From NCBI GenBank assembly GCA_049322915.1, contig JBMOPW010000014.1, forward strand, positions 1,018,774 to 1,082,773: a DNA stretch of 64,000 nucleotides, written 5' to 3'. The notes beneath the pieces were generated by a model. The model had not been told where the DNA came from. It did no database searches and saw only the letters and a list, made by a program, of their open reading frames with translations. How positions within the stretch are numbered: the first letter of the stretch is position 1; each line of letters begins with the position of its first letter. Below are positions 1 through 9,542 of this stretch, piece by piece. The position numbers were made by a program, and so were the translations under genes. Origin of the DNA: Candidatus Zhuqueibacterota bacterium (lineage in GTDB: Bacteria; Zhuqueibacterota; Zhuqueibacteria; Thermofontimicrobiales; Thermofontimicrobiaceae).

Positions 1-7
1 TCAAATT

Positions 8-1102
8 TCAGGCACGGTACTGCTCCAGAACCCGGACAATTCTCAGTGCTGATTTGCCGTCCCATAATTCCGGAATGGCGCCGACTTTCTTCTTGCCTGA
101 CAAAATCTGGAGCGCCTCAGCGACAATTTTGTCGGAATCCATGCCGACGAGCACATTGGTCCCCACTTCGATTGTCACGGGACGCTCGGTATTCTCGCGC
201 AATGTGAGGCACGGAATTCCAAGCACGGTCGTCTCTTCCTGGATTCCTCCGGAGTCCGTCAACACGAGCGCGGCGTGCTCCATCAGATGCAGGAAGTCGA
301 GATAGCCCAGCGGATCGACCAGCTTCAGATTTTTCATCGACTCAACTTGTTGAGAGAATTCAAATTTAGCGATCATCTTTTTCGAGCGCGGATGAATGGG
401 AAAAATGATAGGAATTTCTTTTTGAATCGCTTCCAGCGCATCGAGGATTCGCTTGAATTGAATCGGGTCATCGACATTGGACGGACGATGAAGGGTCAGC
501 AGCGTATAGGGCGCTGAGTCCAGATTAAATTGAGCGAGAATGTGTGAATCAGCAGCCTTTTCCCTGTAGTAGAGCAATGAATCGATCATCACATTTCCGA
601 CAAAAAAGATCTTCTTTTCCGGCGCGCCTTCTTTGAGGAGATTGATCCGACCGCTTTCCTCAGTGATGAATAGCAATTCAGCCAAAGAGTCGGTGACAAT
701 CCGGTTGATCTCCTCCGGCATGGTTCGGTCGAAGCTGCGCAATCCAGCTTCCACGTGGGCAATGGGAATGCAAAGTTTGGATGCGACCAGCGACGCGGCC
801 AGAGTGGAGTTCACATCTCCGACGACGAGAATCATGTCCGGCTTGTGTTCCATCATGACCTGTTCCAATTTCATCATGACTTCGCCGGTTTGCTGAGCAT
901 GCGAGCCAGAACCCACGCCCAAATAGATGTCCGGCTCGGGCAATTCCAGGTCGTCAAAGAAAATCTTGGACATGATGCGATCATAGTGCTGGCCGGTATG
1001 CGTGAGTATCGGTTCAAACGCATCCGATTTCATCATGAGCCGGTGAATGGGTGCAATCTTCATGAAATTGGGGCGGGCCCCAACAATGTTCAATATTTTC
1101 AT
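8..1102 (-). CDS. wecB: UDP-N-acetylglucosamine 2-epimerase (non-hydrolysing)
   Basis: Motifs VGARPNFMK, HTGQHY, HVEAGLRS, TDSGGIQEE, RENTERP. Start trimmed to MKILNIVG (ATG 1102). Confidence 0.95.
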   Translation of the reverse strand: MKILNIVGARPNFMKIAPIHRLMMKSDAFEPILTHTGQHYDRIMSKIFFDDLELPEPDIYLGVGSGSHAQQTGEVMMKLEQVMMEHKPDMILVVGDVNSTLAASLVASKLCIPIAHVEAGLRSFDRTMPEEINRIVTDSLAELLFITEESGRINLLKEGAPEKKIFFVGNVMIDSLLYYREKAADSHILAQFNLDSAPYTLLTLHRPSNVDDPIQFKRILDALEAIQKEIPIIFPIHPRSKKMIAKFEFSQQVESMKNLKLVDPLGYLDFLHLMEHAALVLTDSGGIQEETTVLGIPCLTLRENTERPVTIEVGTNVLVGMDSDKIVAEALQILSGKKKVGAIPELWDGKSALRIVRVLEQYRA

Positions 1103-1370
1103 CAGTGCAGGTATCCATGTATATTTTGAAAGTAAACCGGGCGCATCGTGCAATGAAAATCATGATCAATGACCCGAACTCATCAGACGCGCAGGTGGTT
1201 TTCCAGATGTGCAATCAATGCCCGCTTGGACATGTCCTGATGAGGCAGGCCAAAGTTAAAAAAATGTCACAGCCCGGTTTAATATGCCAATGCTTCGATA
1301 AGACATCGAAGCATTGGCGGATAATTGAATGTTTTTTATGTTAGCAAAGGTGTAACTACTATTGCTGGGT

Positions 1371-2726
1371 TTATGAATTTTTATTGTCCGGGACATCGTA
1401 ATAGAACCCCCGCCCAGAGCCCAACTTGACAATCTTATGGAGATCTGTCTTCACATGTTTGGTCAGGTTTCGGGTATCGACCACGGCCTTTGAATTTTTG
1501 ACGATGAACTCAGCATCATAGGCGGAATGGTCAGCAGTTATTACGACGATATCCTGTTGTTGCAGCAGTTCTTTGGTGAGCGGTTGCGATTGATACTTTT
1601 TCCCGCCAAGCTTGATTTCCGGAATGAAGGGATCGTTGTAGCACAAATTCGTCGCGCCACGCTGCAACAGCAATTCCATCACCCGGAGCGCGGGCGAATT
1701 TCGCCTGTCATCCACATTCTTTTTAAAGGCAACGCCTAACATTAAAATTTTGCCCTTGCGAATGGATGATTCCACATTCCCCAGCGCTTTGCGGATATTC
1801 CCGACCACGTAGAACGGCATCTCTTCGTTGGTCTCGGCAGCCAGTTCGATGAATTTTGTATGGAAATCATATTCTCGTGCTTTCCAGGCTAAATAGTACG
1901 GATCCACCAGAATGCAGTGACCGCCGATTCCCGGGCCGGGGTAGAATGGCATGTAGCCGAACGGCTTGGTTGCCGCCGCATCGATGACTTCCCAAATATC
2001 GATGCCGCCCATTCGGTCGCACAGTCGCGCCATTTCATTGACCAATGCGATATTCACGCTTCGGAAAATATTTTCCAGCAATTTTTCCATTTCAGCAACG
2101 CGCGGATTGGAGACCACATGGACGTGATTGACAACCTGGGCAATAGCTGTGCGCGCGACTTCGGTACATTTTTCAGTGACGCCACCCACGACAACCGGGG
2201 TATTTTCGGTTGTAAAGGCCTTATTGCCCGGATCAATTCGCTCAGGAGAAAATGCCAGGTAATAATCCTTGCCCACCTTTAAACCGGTTTTATCGAAAAT
2301 TGGCAGCACGATCTTTTCTGTCGTTTCCGGGTACGTGGTGCTCTTCAGAATAATGACTTGTTCCTTGCGGAGCCCACTGGCAATTCCATTTGCTGAGTCG
2401 ACAATATAACTGACATCCGGGTCTTTGTTGGGGGTAAATGGAGTTGGCACGCAAATATAAATAATATCCAGATCAGAAATTAATTTATAGTCAGTATACG
2501 CTACAAATTTTTTATCCTGAATGGCTTTATTAAATTTGCTCGGCTCAATATCATCGATGTAGTTTTCACCCTTGTCGAGTTTCTCTTTTTTCCGGGTATC
2601 GATATCGATACCAACCACGGAGAATCCATTGACCGCGTACTCAATCGCCAAAGGCAATCCAACATAACCCAGTCCAATTATACCGACCTTCGCGCTCTTA
2701 TCATGAATCTTTTCGATTAACCCCAT
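1371..2726 (-). CDS. Nucleotide-sugar dehydrogenase (UDP-GlcNAc/UDP-ManNAc 6-dehydrogenase, WbpA/WecC-like)
   Basis: GLGYVGLP Rossmann motif, ICVPTP, STTYP, FSPERIDPG, catalytic GGHC. GGAG RBS before ATG 2726. Confidence 0.92.
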   Translation of the reverse strand: MGLIEKIHDKSAKVGIIGLGYVGLPLAIEYAVNGFSVVGIDIDTRKKEKLDKGENYIDDIEPSKFNKAIQDKKFVAYTDYKLISDLDIIYICVPTPFTPNKDPDVSYIVDSANGIASGLRKEQVIILKSTTYPETTEKIVLPIFDKTGLKVGKDYYLAFSPERIDPGNKAFTTENTPVVVGGVTEKCTEVARTAIAQVVNHVHVVSNPRVAEMEKLLENIFRSVNIALVNEMARLCDRMGGIDIWEVIDAAATKPFGYMPFYPGPGIGGHCILVDPYYLAWKAREYDFHTKFIELAAETNEEMPFYVVGNIRKALGNVESSIRKGKILMLGVAFKKNVDDRRNSPALRVMELLLQRGATNLCYNDPFIPEIKLGGKKYQSQPLTKELLQQQDIVVITADHSAYDAEFIVKNSKAVVDTRNLTKHVKTDLHKIVKLGSGRGFYYDVPDNKNS

Positions 2727-2778
2727 ACGCACTCCACTAGTTATAAATTAAATTTGACAATATGTGAAACATCGTTTA

Positions 2779-3777
2779 TTACATGTTATAATGCTCTTTA
2801 TAGTATTTCAAATATTCACCGCTTTTTATTTTCTTCCACCACCAATCGTTGTTCTTGTACCACATTATCGTCGATGACATCGCCTTTTCGAACGTATAGT
2901 TGGGATTCCAGCCCATCGCAGCGATCTTGTCACAATTCAATGAGTAGCGCCGATCATGGCCGGGGCGGTCTTTGACGTATTTGATCAGGCTGCGCGGTTT
3001 GTCCAGTTCCATCAGAATCAAGTCGGTGATTTCCAGATTATTCTTCTCATTCTTCCCGCCAATATTGTACACCTCGCCATTTGTCCCATTGCGCAGAACG
3101 AAATCGATAGCGTCACAATGGTCGTAGACGTGGATCCAATCGCGGACATTTTTACCATCGCCGTATAGCGGAAGCTGTTTATCCTCGATGGCATTGGTGA
3201 CAAAAAGCGGAATCAGTTTTTCCGGGTATTGGTACGGTCCGAAATTATTGGAGCAGCGGGTGATGATGATTGGCAAATCATAAGTGACAAAATAGGAAAA
3301 GGCAAGCCTATCTGCGCCTGCTTTCGAGGCCGAATACGGGCTGGACGGCATCAACGGGTCTGTTTCTGTGAACGAACCCTTTTCAATGCTGCCATAAACT
3401 TCATCCGTGCTGATCTGGATAAACTTTTTGATCTTAACGTTGCGGGCGCTTTCCAGCAGAACAAACGTGCCGTAAATATCAGTTTTGATAAAATCGTCCG
3501 GTGATCCAATGGATCGGTCAACGTGACTCTCCGCGGCAAAATTTACCACATAATCCACACCGGCCATCCATTTTTCGACGAGGGCTTTGTCGGCTATATC
3601 CCCCTTGACGAAAGTATAGTTTGGATTATTCTCTACATCCTTGAGATTGTCCGGATTGCCGGCATAGGTGAGCTTATCGAGATTGATGACATGAACGTTG
3701 CTGTATTTATTGAATAAATAATGAATATAATTACTACCTATGAATCCAGCCCCACCTGTAACTAAATACGTCGCCAT
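2779..3777 (-). CDS. rfbB: dTDP-glucose 4,6-dehydratase
   Basis: TGGAGFIGSN, DKLTYAGN, AAESHVDRSI, STDEVYG, YSASK, DRPGHDRRY. Confidence 0.95.
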   Translation of the reverse strand: MATYLVTGGAGFIGSNYIHYLFNKYSNVHVINLDKLTYAGNPDNLKDVENNPNYTFVKGDIADKALVEKWMAGVDYVVNFAAESHVDRSIGSPDDFIKTDIYGTFVLLESARNVKIKKFIQISTDEVYGSIEKGSFTETDPLMPSSPYSASKAGADRLAFSYFVTYDLPIIITRCSNNFGPYQYPEKLIPLFVTNAIEDKQLPLYGDGKNVRDWIHVYDHCDAIDFVLRNGTNGEVYNIGGKNEKNNLEITDLILMELDKPRSLIKYVKDRPGHDRRYSLNCDKIAAMGWNPNYTFEKAMSSTIMWYKNNDWWWKKIKSGEYLKYYKEHYNM

Positions 3778-3797
3778 AAACGCTATCCCTCAGTTAG

Positions 3798-4253
3798 TTA
3801 GCCCATCTTAATGTCCCAATCATAGGGTATTTCGTCCGAATCGTATGCCAAACGAAACTCATCCGGATTTTTATAGTTGTATGCTTCGGTCACATTGTTA
3901 ATAACAATTGCCTCGTAATCGCTAATGCACTTCCATCCGTGATAAACGCCAATCGGTACGTGCACCAGAATTGGATTGTGTTCACCAGCGAAAAACTCAT
4001 TCACTTCACCCCTGGTTGGCGAAGAGGGTCTGGGGTCATAAAGGACGATCTTTAACATGCCGGATATGACCGTGATATTGTCCTCTTGAAGCTTGTGAAA
4101 ATGCCAGCCTTTGATCACGCCGGGGTAGGTTGTCGTCATGTACACCTGACCGAATTTTTTGAATAGCGGATCATCCACCCGGAGGATCTCCATCAATCGA
4201 CCGCGTTCGTCCGGCATGACCCGTAATTTTTTAATTTCTACTCCATCAATCAT
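3798..4253 (-). CDS. rfbC: dTDP-4-dehydrorhamnose 3,5-epimerase family (short RmlC-like cupin)
   Basis: DERGRLME, KGWHFH, YDPRPSSPT, IPYDW. Adjacent to rfbB. Confidence 0.85.
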   Translation of the reverse strand: MIDGVEIKKLRVMPDERGRLMEILRVDDPLFKKFGQVYMTTTYPGVIKGWHFHKLQEDNITVISGMLKIVLYDPRPSSPTRGEVNEFFAGEHNPILVHVPIGVYHGWKCISDYEAIVINNVTEAYNYKNPDEFRLAYDSDEIPYDWDIKMG

Positions 4254-4315
4254 GATGCATTCCTTCGTTGTTCGATGTTCCTGAGTCTGCCCGTTAAATC
4301 TTTTTGAAGTCGAAA

Positions 4316-4344
4316 AATGTACAAAATTCTTTTTTAAAAGTCAA
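4316..4344 (-). promoter_or_regulatory. Putative sigma70 promoter for the rfbC-rfbB-dehydrogenase-wecB genes
   Basis: Minus strand TTGACT-17 nt-TACATT, about 60 nt upstream of the rfbC start. Confidence 0.6.
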
Positions 4345-4709
4345 TGATTTAATTCCAGTTAGTCGACTCCATCAGATAATCATATATCGTAAACAAAAGA
4401 TTAATCTTTAATAGATTAACCGTATTCGACAAAATCTCTATCTAAATTATTTTTTTGTAATTAAAAAAAGTGCGATTTGAGTCTCTTGGATTCCTCTCTC
4501 TCGCCGCGTGCATGGCGCGGTTCCTGTGCAGGGGTGAGTTCGGTTCATGTCCATGAAATCTCATTTAGAATCGCGTTATGATTGAAAAGTAAAAAGGGCG
4601 CCATTCAAGCTCGGGTCAAAGGTAATACCGAGTCCGCATCTTTTCCTGCGCATCCATTGAAGCCTCAAAATGATTTCCCGGAGCTAAAGGTGTAAATCAA
4701 ATAAATACC

Positions 4710-4738
4710 TTGCTTTTTAGGTTGAAATTATGTATTAT
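4710..4738 (+). promoter_or_regulatory. Putative sigma70 promoter for the NhaC-family gene
   Basis: TTGCTT-17 nt-TATTAT, followed by an AGGAG RBS and GTG start at 4781. Confidence 0.55.
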
Positions 4739-4780
4739 TGGGAAAATTTTTTTGACCTCTAACTTCCCAAAGGAGCTGCA

Positions 4781-6202
4781 GTGGAATCGTATGGCTGGGT
4801 ATCGATTTTACCCCCGATCTTAGCAATTATTCTCGCTATTAAGACAAAGCAAGTCTATCCTTCTCTCTTTCTGGGCATCTGGTTGGGCTGGACGGCAGTG
4901 AACCACTGGAATCCGCTGGTTGGCTTGCGCGACGCCCTCGAAGCTACGGTGAATATTTTCAAAGACTCTGCCAACACCAAGGTGATTATTTTCAGCATGA
5001 TGGTGGGAGCGCTCATCATTTTAATGCAGCATTCGGGCGGCGTGACCGGATTCATTCAGTGGATCAGTAACAAAGGGCTTGTGAATAACCGCCGCGGCGC
5101 CGGCTTACTTTTATGGGTCATCGGCGTTCTTATTTTCATTGAAAGCAATATGATCAATCTGGTCATTGGATCGATTGGCCGTCCTATTTTTGACAGATTC
5201 AAAGCGCCTCGGGAGAAACTGGCCTACCTGGCCCACTCCACGTCAGTGCCAGTCTGCGTGATGATCCCCTTTAATGGCTGGGGCGCAGTCCTTACCGGAC
5301 TGCTTCTTGCCCAACAAATCGAGAATCCGTTTTTTACAGTGTTGAAGGCGGTGACGACCAACTTCTATGCTATTTTCACAATCATTTTGGTGTTATTCAT
5401 CATCATCACCCAGAAAGATTTTGGCCCCATGGCAAAGGCGGAAAAACGCGCCAGAGAGACTGGCAAGCTCGTTCGCGACGGCGCTCGGTTGCTTGTCTCT
5501 GAAGATACTATTGCCATGAGGGTGAAAGCGGGCGTCACGCCGCGGCCTGTGAACATGATTGTCCCACTCATCGCTATGGTTCTCACCGTTCCCCTGGGAC
5601 TTCTCATTACCGGCCAGGGCCGCATTGCTCAGGGCTCCGGTTCAACCGCGGTGTTCTGGGCCGTATTGATGGGAATTTTTATCGCGGCAATGCTGTACAA
5701 AGTTCAAAAAATATTTTCACTCACTGAAATTCTGGATCTGGTCATGAAAGGGATGGGCGGGCTCATCCCCATGGGATTGCTGATGGTCTTTGCGTTCACA
5801 ATGGGCGCCACATGCAACAAAATGGGCACCGGCCCTTATGTTGCAGGCCTTGCCACGGCTGCGATCCATCCCGTGCTGGTCATTCCGCTTGTCTTTTTAG
5901 TCGCGTGCTCCATTTCATTTGCTACCGGGACGTCCTGGGGGACATTTGCGATTATGATGCCCATCGCTGTCCCATTGGCGATCAATATGGATCTGAACCT
6001 GGCGTTGATGGTCAGCGCGGTTATGGGCGGAGGTGTGTTCGGCGACCACTGCTCCCCGGTGTCCGATACGACCATCATTTCATCCATGGCATCTGCATGC
6101 GATTATATCGATCACGTCGATACCCAATTGCCGTACGCCCTTACCGCTGCCGGATTGGCGTTGGTCTTCTATACAATTGCGGGTTACCTGACTCTCAGTT
6201 AA
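4781..6202 (+). CDS. Na+/H+ antiporter NhaC family membrane transporter
   Basis: Multi-TM protein with REKLAY, SFATGTSWGTFAI, FGDHCSPVSDTTIISS, HVDTQLPY. Confidence 0.88.
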   Translation: MESYGWVSILPPILAIILAIKTKQVYPSLFLGIWLGWTAVNHWNPLVGLRDALEATVNIFKDSANTKVIIFSMMVGALIILMQHSGGVTGFIQWISNKGLVNNRRGAGLLLWVIGVLIFIESNMINLVIGSIGRPIFDRFKAPREKLAYLAHSTSVPVCVMIPFNGWGAVLTGLLLAQQIENPFFTVLKAVTTNFYAIFTIILVLFIIITQKDFGPMAKAEKRARETGKLVRDGARLLVSEDTIAMRVKAGVTPRPVNMIVPLIAMVLTVPLGLLITGQGRIAQGSGSTAVFWAVLMGIFIAAMLYKVQKIFSLTEILDLVMKGMGGLIPMGLLMVFAFTMGATCNKMGTGPYVAGLATAAIHPVLVIPLVFLVACSISFATGTSWGTFAIMMPIAVPLAINMDLNLALMVSAVMGGGVFGDHCSPVSDTTIISSMASACDYIDHVDTQLPYALTAAGLALVFYTIAGYLTLS

Positions 6203-6642
6203 ATCCGCGGGTCAATGTTTGAATTGCTCAGGAGGAGTGGGCTATACCTTCGCGCAAATGATATTTTTGCATCAGGCCTCATTATTACCTAAATTGAGCG
6301 ATTAGCTGTCAGCATTCAGCCATCAGTTCTAAAAAATTCAATCAGATAAGCCTGGCACACTTGTTCAGTTTTTAGGTGAGTTGAGCGCTTGTATATAACG
6401 TAATGTCATTTCTTTAGTTGAGCGCTGATCGCTGTAGGCTGACCGCTTATTTTACATATTATAGAAATTCTGATTCATGAGGTTTTGGAAATTTTATGTT
6501 CATTGGAACTGTTCAGGCTGGAGTCGCATTTCGCCCGGCGTACCGACAATCGCTCTATCATTGTCGGACAACGAATCAGGCGAATATCAATTCTGAAGAA
6601 TCGAATGTGCGGTATCTGATAATATAAGTGGAGGAAAAATTC

Positions 6643-7653
6643 TTGGATAAAATCAAAATTGGCGTCATCGGAGTCGGTCATCTCGGTCGATTTCATGTGT
6701 CAAATTATAAAAACATTCCCGACGCTGACATTGTGGGAGTTTACGATGCGAACCCTGCGCGGTGTGAGGAAATAGCGAATGAATTTCACGTGCCGATGTA
6801 CAGTCAGGTCGACGCGTTAATAAAGGACATACAGGCTGCCAGTATTGTGGTGCCAACAAGTTTCCATTTTGATATCGCCAGGAAATGTTTCGAGCAAGGC
6901 ATCCACTGTCTGGTCGAAAAACCCGTGACAACAACGTTGGCCGAAGCCGATGAATTGCTTCAGATTGCAAAGCGACGAAATCTCATTTTTCAGGTCGGCC
7001 ATATCGAGCGTTTCAATCCGGCGATTCTGGCGCTGAATGATTTTCAACTGAATCCCATGTTCATCGAAAGCCATCGTCTGGCATCGTTCAATCCCCGCGG
7101 CACGGATGTGGCTGTCGTGCTGGATTTGATGATTCACGATATCGATATCATATTGAACCTGGTGAAGAGCCCGGTCAATAAAATTGACGCCAGCGGTGTG
7201 GCCGTTATTTCCAATGAAGTGGACATAGCCAATGCCCGCCTTAGTTTCGAAAATGGCGGTGTGGCCAATGTCACTGCCAGCCGAATTTCACAGAAGGCCA
7301 TGCGCAAAATGCGACTGTTCCAGCGAAGTGGCTATATTGGCATCGATTTTTTGCAAAAATTCTCCGAGGTCTACCGGCTGGTTGGCCAGGACGATGCAGC
7401 GCAGCTTCAGCCCAATCAATTTCCTATCGAATTGGGTCAGGTGGATCAGTTCAATCGACCGCTGAAAATCATTTACGAGCGTCGGGAAGTGCCGGAGGCC
7501 AATGCGCTGAAAATGGAACTGGAGTCGTTCCTGCACTGCATCCGGGATGGCAATCAGCCGGTCGTCAGCGGCGAGCAAGGCCGGGAGGCGCTGCGCGTTG
7601 CCATTGAAATTACTGAAAAAATAAAGGCTCAAATATCGCGGCTGATGCCGTGA
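6643..7653 (+). CDS. Gfo/Idh/MocA oxidoreductase, GnnA-like (possible UDP-GlcNAc 3-dehydrogenase)
   Basis: GVGHLGRFH, VEKP, VGHIERFNP, DLMIHDIDI, TASRIS. Directly upstream of lpxB. TTG 6643 follows GGAGG (ORF track starts at 6628). Confidence 0.8.
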   Translation: MDKIKIGVIGVGHLGRFHVSNYKNIPDADIVGVYDANPARCEEIANEFHVPMYSQVDALIKDIQAASIVVPTSFHFDIARKCFEQGIHCLVEKPVTTTLAEADELLQIAKRRNLIFQVGHIERFNPAILALNDFQLNPMFIESHRLASFNPRGTDVAVVLDLMIHDIDIILNLVKSPVNKIDASGVAVISNEVDIANARLSFENGGVANVTASRISQKAMRKMRLFQRSGYIGIDFLQKFSEVYRLVGQDDAAQLQPNQFPIELGQVDQFNRPLKIIYERREVPEANALKMELESFLHCIRDGNQPVVSGEQGREALRVAIEITEKIKAQISRLMP

Positions 7654-7713
7654 GGCCAACTCATTTTCGGCTTTTTTTGATAACAGAATTTGAAATGAAT
7701 CAGGAAGAATTAC

Positions 7714-8847
7714 ATGTCATATAAAGTCATGATCATTGCCGGCGAAGCGTCTGGCGATTTGCATGCTTCAGGCCTTGTGCGCGCGATGCTGAGGCGTGAG
7801 CCTGGTCTGGAAGTTTTTGGCATCGGCGGTGATCGGATGCGTGAGCTGGGGGTGCGGCTTCTACACCATATTTCAGAGATGAGCGTGCTCGGTTTCGTGG
7901 ATGTGCTGAAGCATATCCGATTTTTTAAACGCGTCTATCACAAACTCGTTGCTGCAATGGATGAGGAGCGGCCGAACCTTCTCATTTTGATCGACTACCC
8001 CGGCCTCAATTTGAAATTGGCCACGGCAGCCAGAGCGCGTGGCATCAACGTGCTGTATTATATCGCACCGCAGGTTTGGGCCTGGGGCGCCGGACGTATA
8101 AAGCACATGGCGCAATGTGTGGATAAAATGGCGGTGATCCTTCCGTTCGAGGAACAATTGTATCGCTCTGCCGGAATCGATGCCACGTTCGTGGGGCATC
8201 CCTTGCTGGAAGTTGTCCGGAATAGTCTTGAAAAAGAAGCATTTCAAAAACAGCACGCATTGGAAGTCGACCAAAAAACGATCGGGCTGTTGCCCGGCAG
8301 CCGGCACCTGGAAGTGAAACGGCTGTTGCCTGAGATGCTTCGGGTAGTTGAACAACTGCGCGCTGATTTCCCGGGAATTCAGGCCATCATTGGGCAGGCA
8401 GATACCGTGGAAGAATCAGTGTACCGGCACATCTGTTCTGAATTTCCCGAAGCAAAATTGGTGACAAAGAATACCTATAATATAATGAAATTTTCGGATG
8501 CCCTGATTGTGGCATCGGGAACGGCGACGCTGGAATCTGCATTGTTCGCAACGCCCATGATCATTGTTTATAAAGTCGATGCGATCTCGTATTTGATCGG
8601 CAGGCAATTGGTGAAAATCGATTCAATCGGTCTGGTGAATGTCATCGCCGGGAAAAAGATAGTGCCAGAATTCATTCAGGGAGAGTTACGCGCGTCCGGA
8701 ATGGCGCCAGTCATGAAGATGTTATTGTCGAACCGGGAGGCTCGTATTCGAATGATGGACGATCTTCGAAAAATCAGAGAAAAACTGGGTGAGCCTGGCG
8801 CATCCGACCGCACCGCCGCCATGGCGATGGAATTGATCAGGAATTGA
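7714..8847 (+). CDS. lpxB: Lipid-A-disaccharide synthase
   Basis: AGEASGDLH, IDYPG, PQVWAW, LPFE, VGHP, LLPGSR, SGTATLE. Confidence 0.95.
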   Translation: MSYKVMIIAGEASGDLHASGLVRAMLRREPGLEVFGIGGDRMRELGVRLLHHISEMSVLGFVDVLKHIRFFKRVYHKLVAAMDEERPNLLILIDYPGLNLKLATAARARGINVLYYIAPQVWAWGAGRIKHMAQCVDKMAVILPFEEQLYRSAGIDATFVGHPLLEVVRNSLEKEAFQKQHALEVDQKTIGLLPGSRHLEVKRLLPEMLRVVEQLRADFPGIQAIIGQADTVEESVYRHICSEFPEAKLVTKNTYNIMKFSDALIVASGTATLESALFATPMIIVYKVDAISYLIGRQLVKIDSIGLVNVIAGKKIVPEFIQGELRASGMAPVMKMLLSNREARIRMMDDLRKIREKLGEPGASDRTAAMAMELIRN

Positions 8848-8879
8848 TGTCGGACAGGCAAGCAGGTCACGGGGATACC

Positions 8880-9542
8880 ATGAAAAATAAGTTCGTACAG
8901 AAAATTATCTTTTTCCTGGCGATTAAATTGGGCTCGCTGTTCATCATGGCGTTGGGAAAAAGCATCCGAGTCACAGTCATCAACAAAGAGTATCTGGATG
9001 CATTATACAATGAGAACGCCAGAATACTTTTCGTCCTCTGGCATGGCAGAATGTTCATTCCAATTTTTTGCCATCGAAATCAGGGAATCACGGCCATGGT
9101 GAGTCAGCATGCCGATGGCGAAATGATTGCTCAAATGGTGCACAAGCTGGGCTATCGAACGGTTCGCGGTTCCAGTACAAGAGGGGGAAATGAGGCATTC
9201 CATGGCATGGTCAGCGTCCTGAAAACAGGCGCTCCCTGCGCTATCATTCCCGATGGGCCACAGGGTCCGCGACACATGCTGAAACCGGGAGCATTGTATA
9301 TTTCGCAACAGTGCGGTGCCTATCTTTGCCCCATCACCTTTGCTTCGAAGCGGAAGAAAGAATTCAGAAGCTGGGACCGATTTTACCTGCCCGGCCCATT
9401 TACGAAGAGCGTGCTGGTGTATGGCGAGCCGATGCGAGTCCCGCAAAATATATCGGCTGAACAACTGGAAGAGATTCGGCAACAGTTTGAGGCGGGAATG
9501 ATCGATTTGGAAAAGCAGGCAGATGACTATTTTCCATCATAA
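8880..9542 (+). CDS. DUF374 lysophospholipid-acyltransferase-family protein (LpxJ-like)
   Basis: LWHGR, SQHADGE, VRGSSTRGG, PDGPQGP, SWDRFYLP. Lies between lpxB and lpxK. Confidence 0.85.
   Translation: MKNKFVQKIIFFLAIKLGSLFIMALGKSIRVTVINKEYLDALYNENARILFVLWHGRMFIPIFCHRNQGITAMVSQHADGEMIAQMVHKLGYRTVRGSSTRGGNEAFHGMVSVLKTGAPCAIIPDGPQGPRHMLKPGALYISQQCGAYLCPITFASKRKKEFRSWDRFYLPGPFTKSVLVYGEPMRVPQNISAEQLEEIRQQFEAGMIDLEKQADDYFPS

Noticed and set aside
1179..1260. CTGATGAG on both strands suggested a hammerhead ribozyme core
   Set aside because: Neither copy is followed by stem II and GAAA. The two copies are simply an inverted pair.
2779..4253. rfbB and rfbC without rfbA and rfbD as a novel pathway
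   Set aside because: Split rml loci are common, and the missing genes may be elsewhere in the genome.
4345..4709. Riboswitch upstream of the NhaC-family gene
   Set aside because: No lysine or other aptamer motif recognised, and a candidate promoter lies only about 40 nt from the start codon.
6355..6370. TGGCAC upstream of the lipid A cluster as a sigma54 promoter
   Set aside because: No GC at the -12 position (TGGCACACTTGTTCAG).
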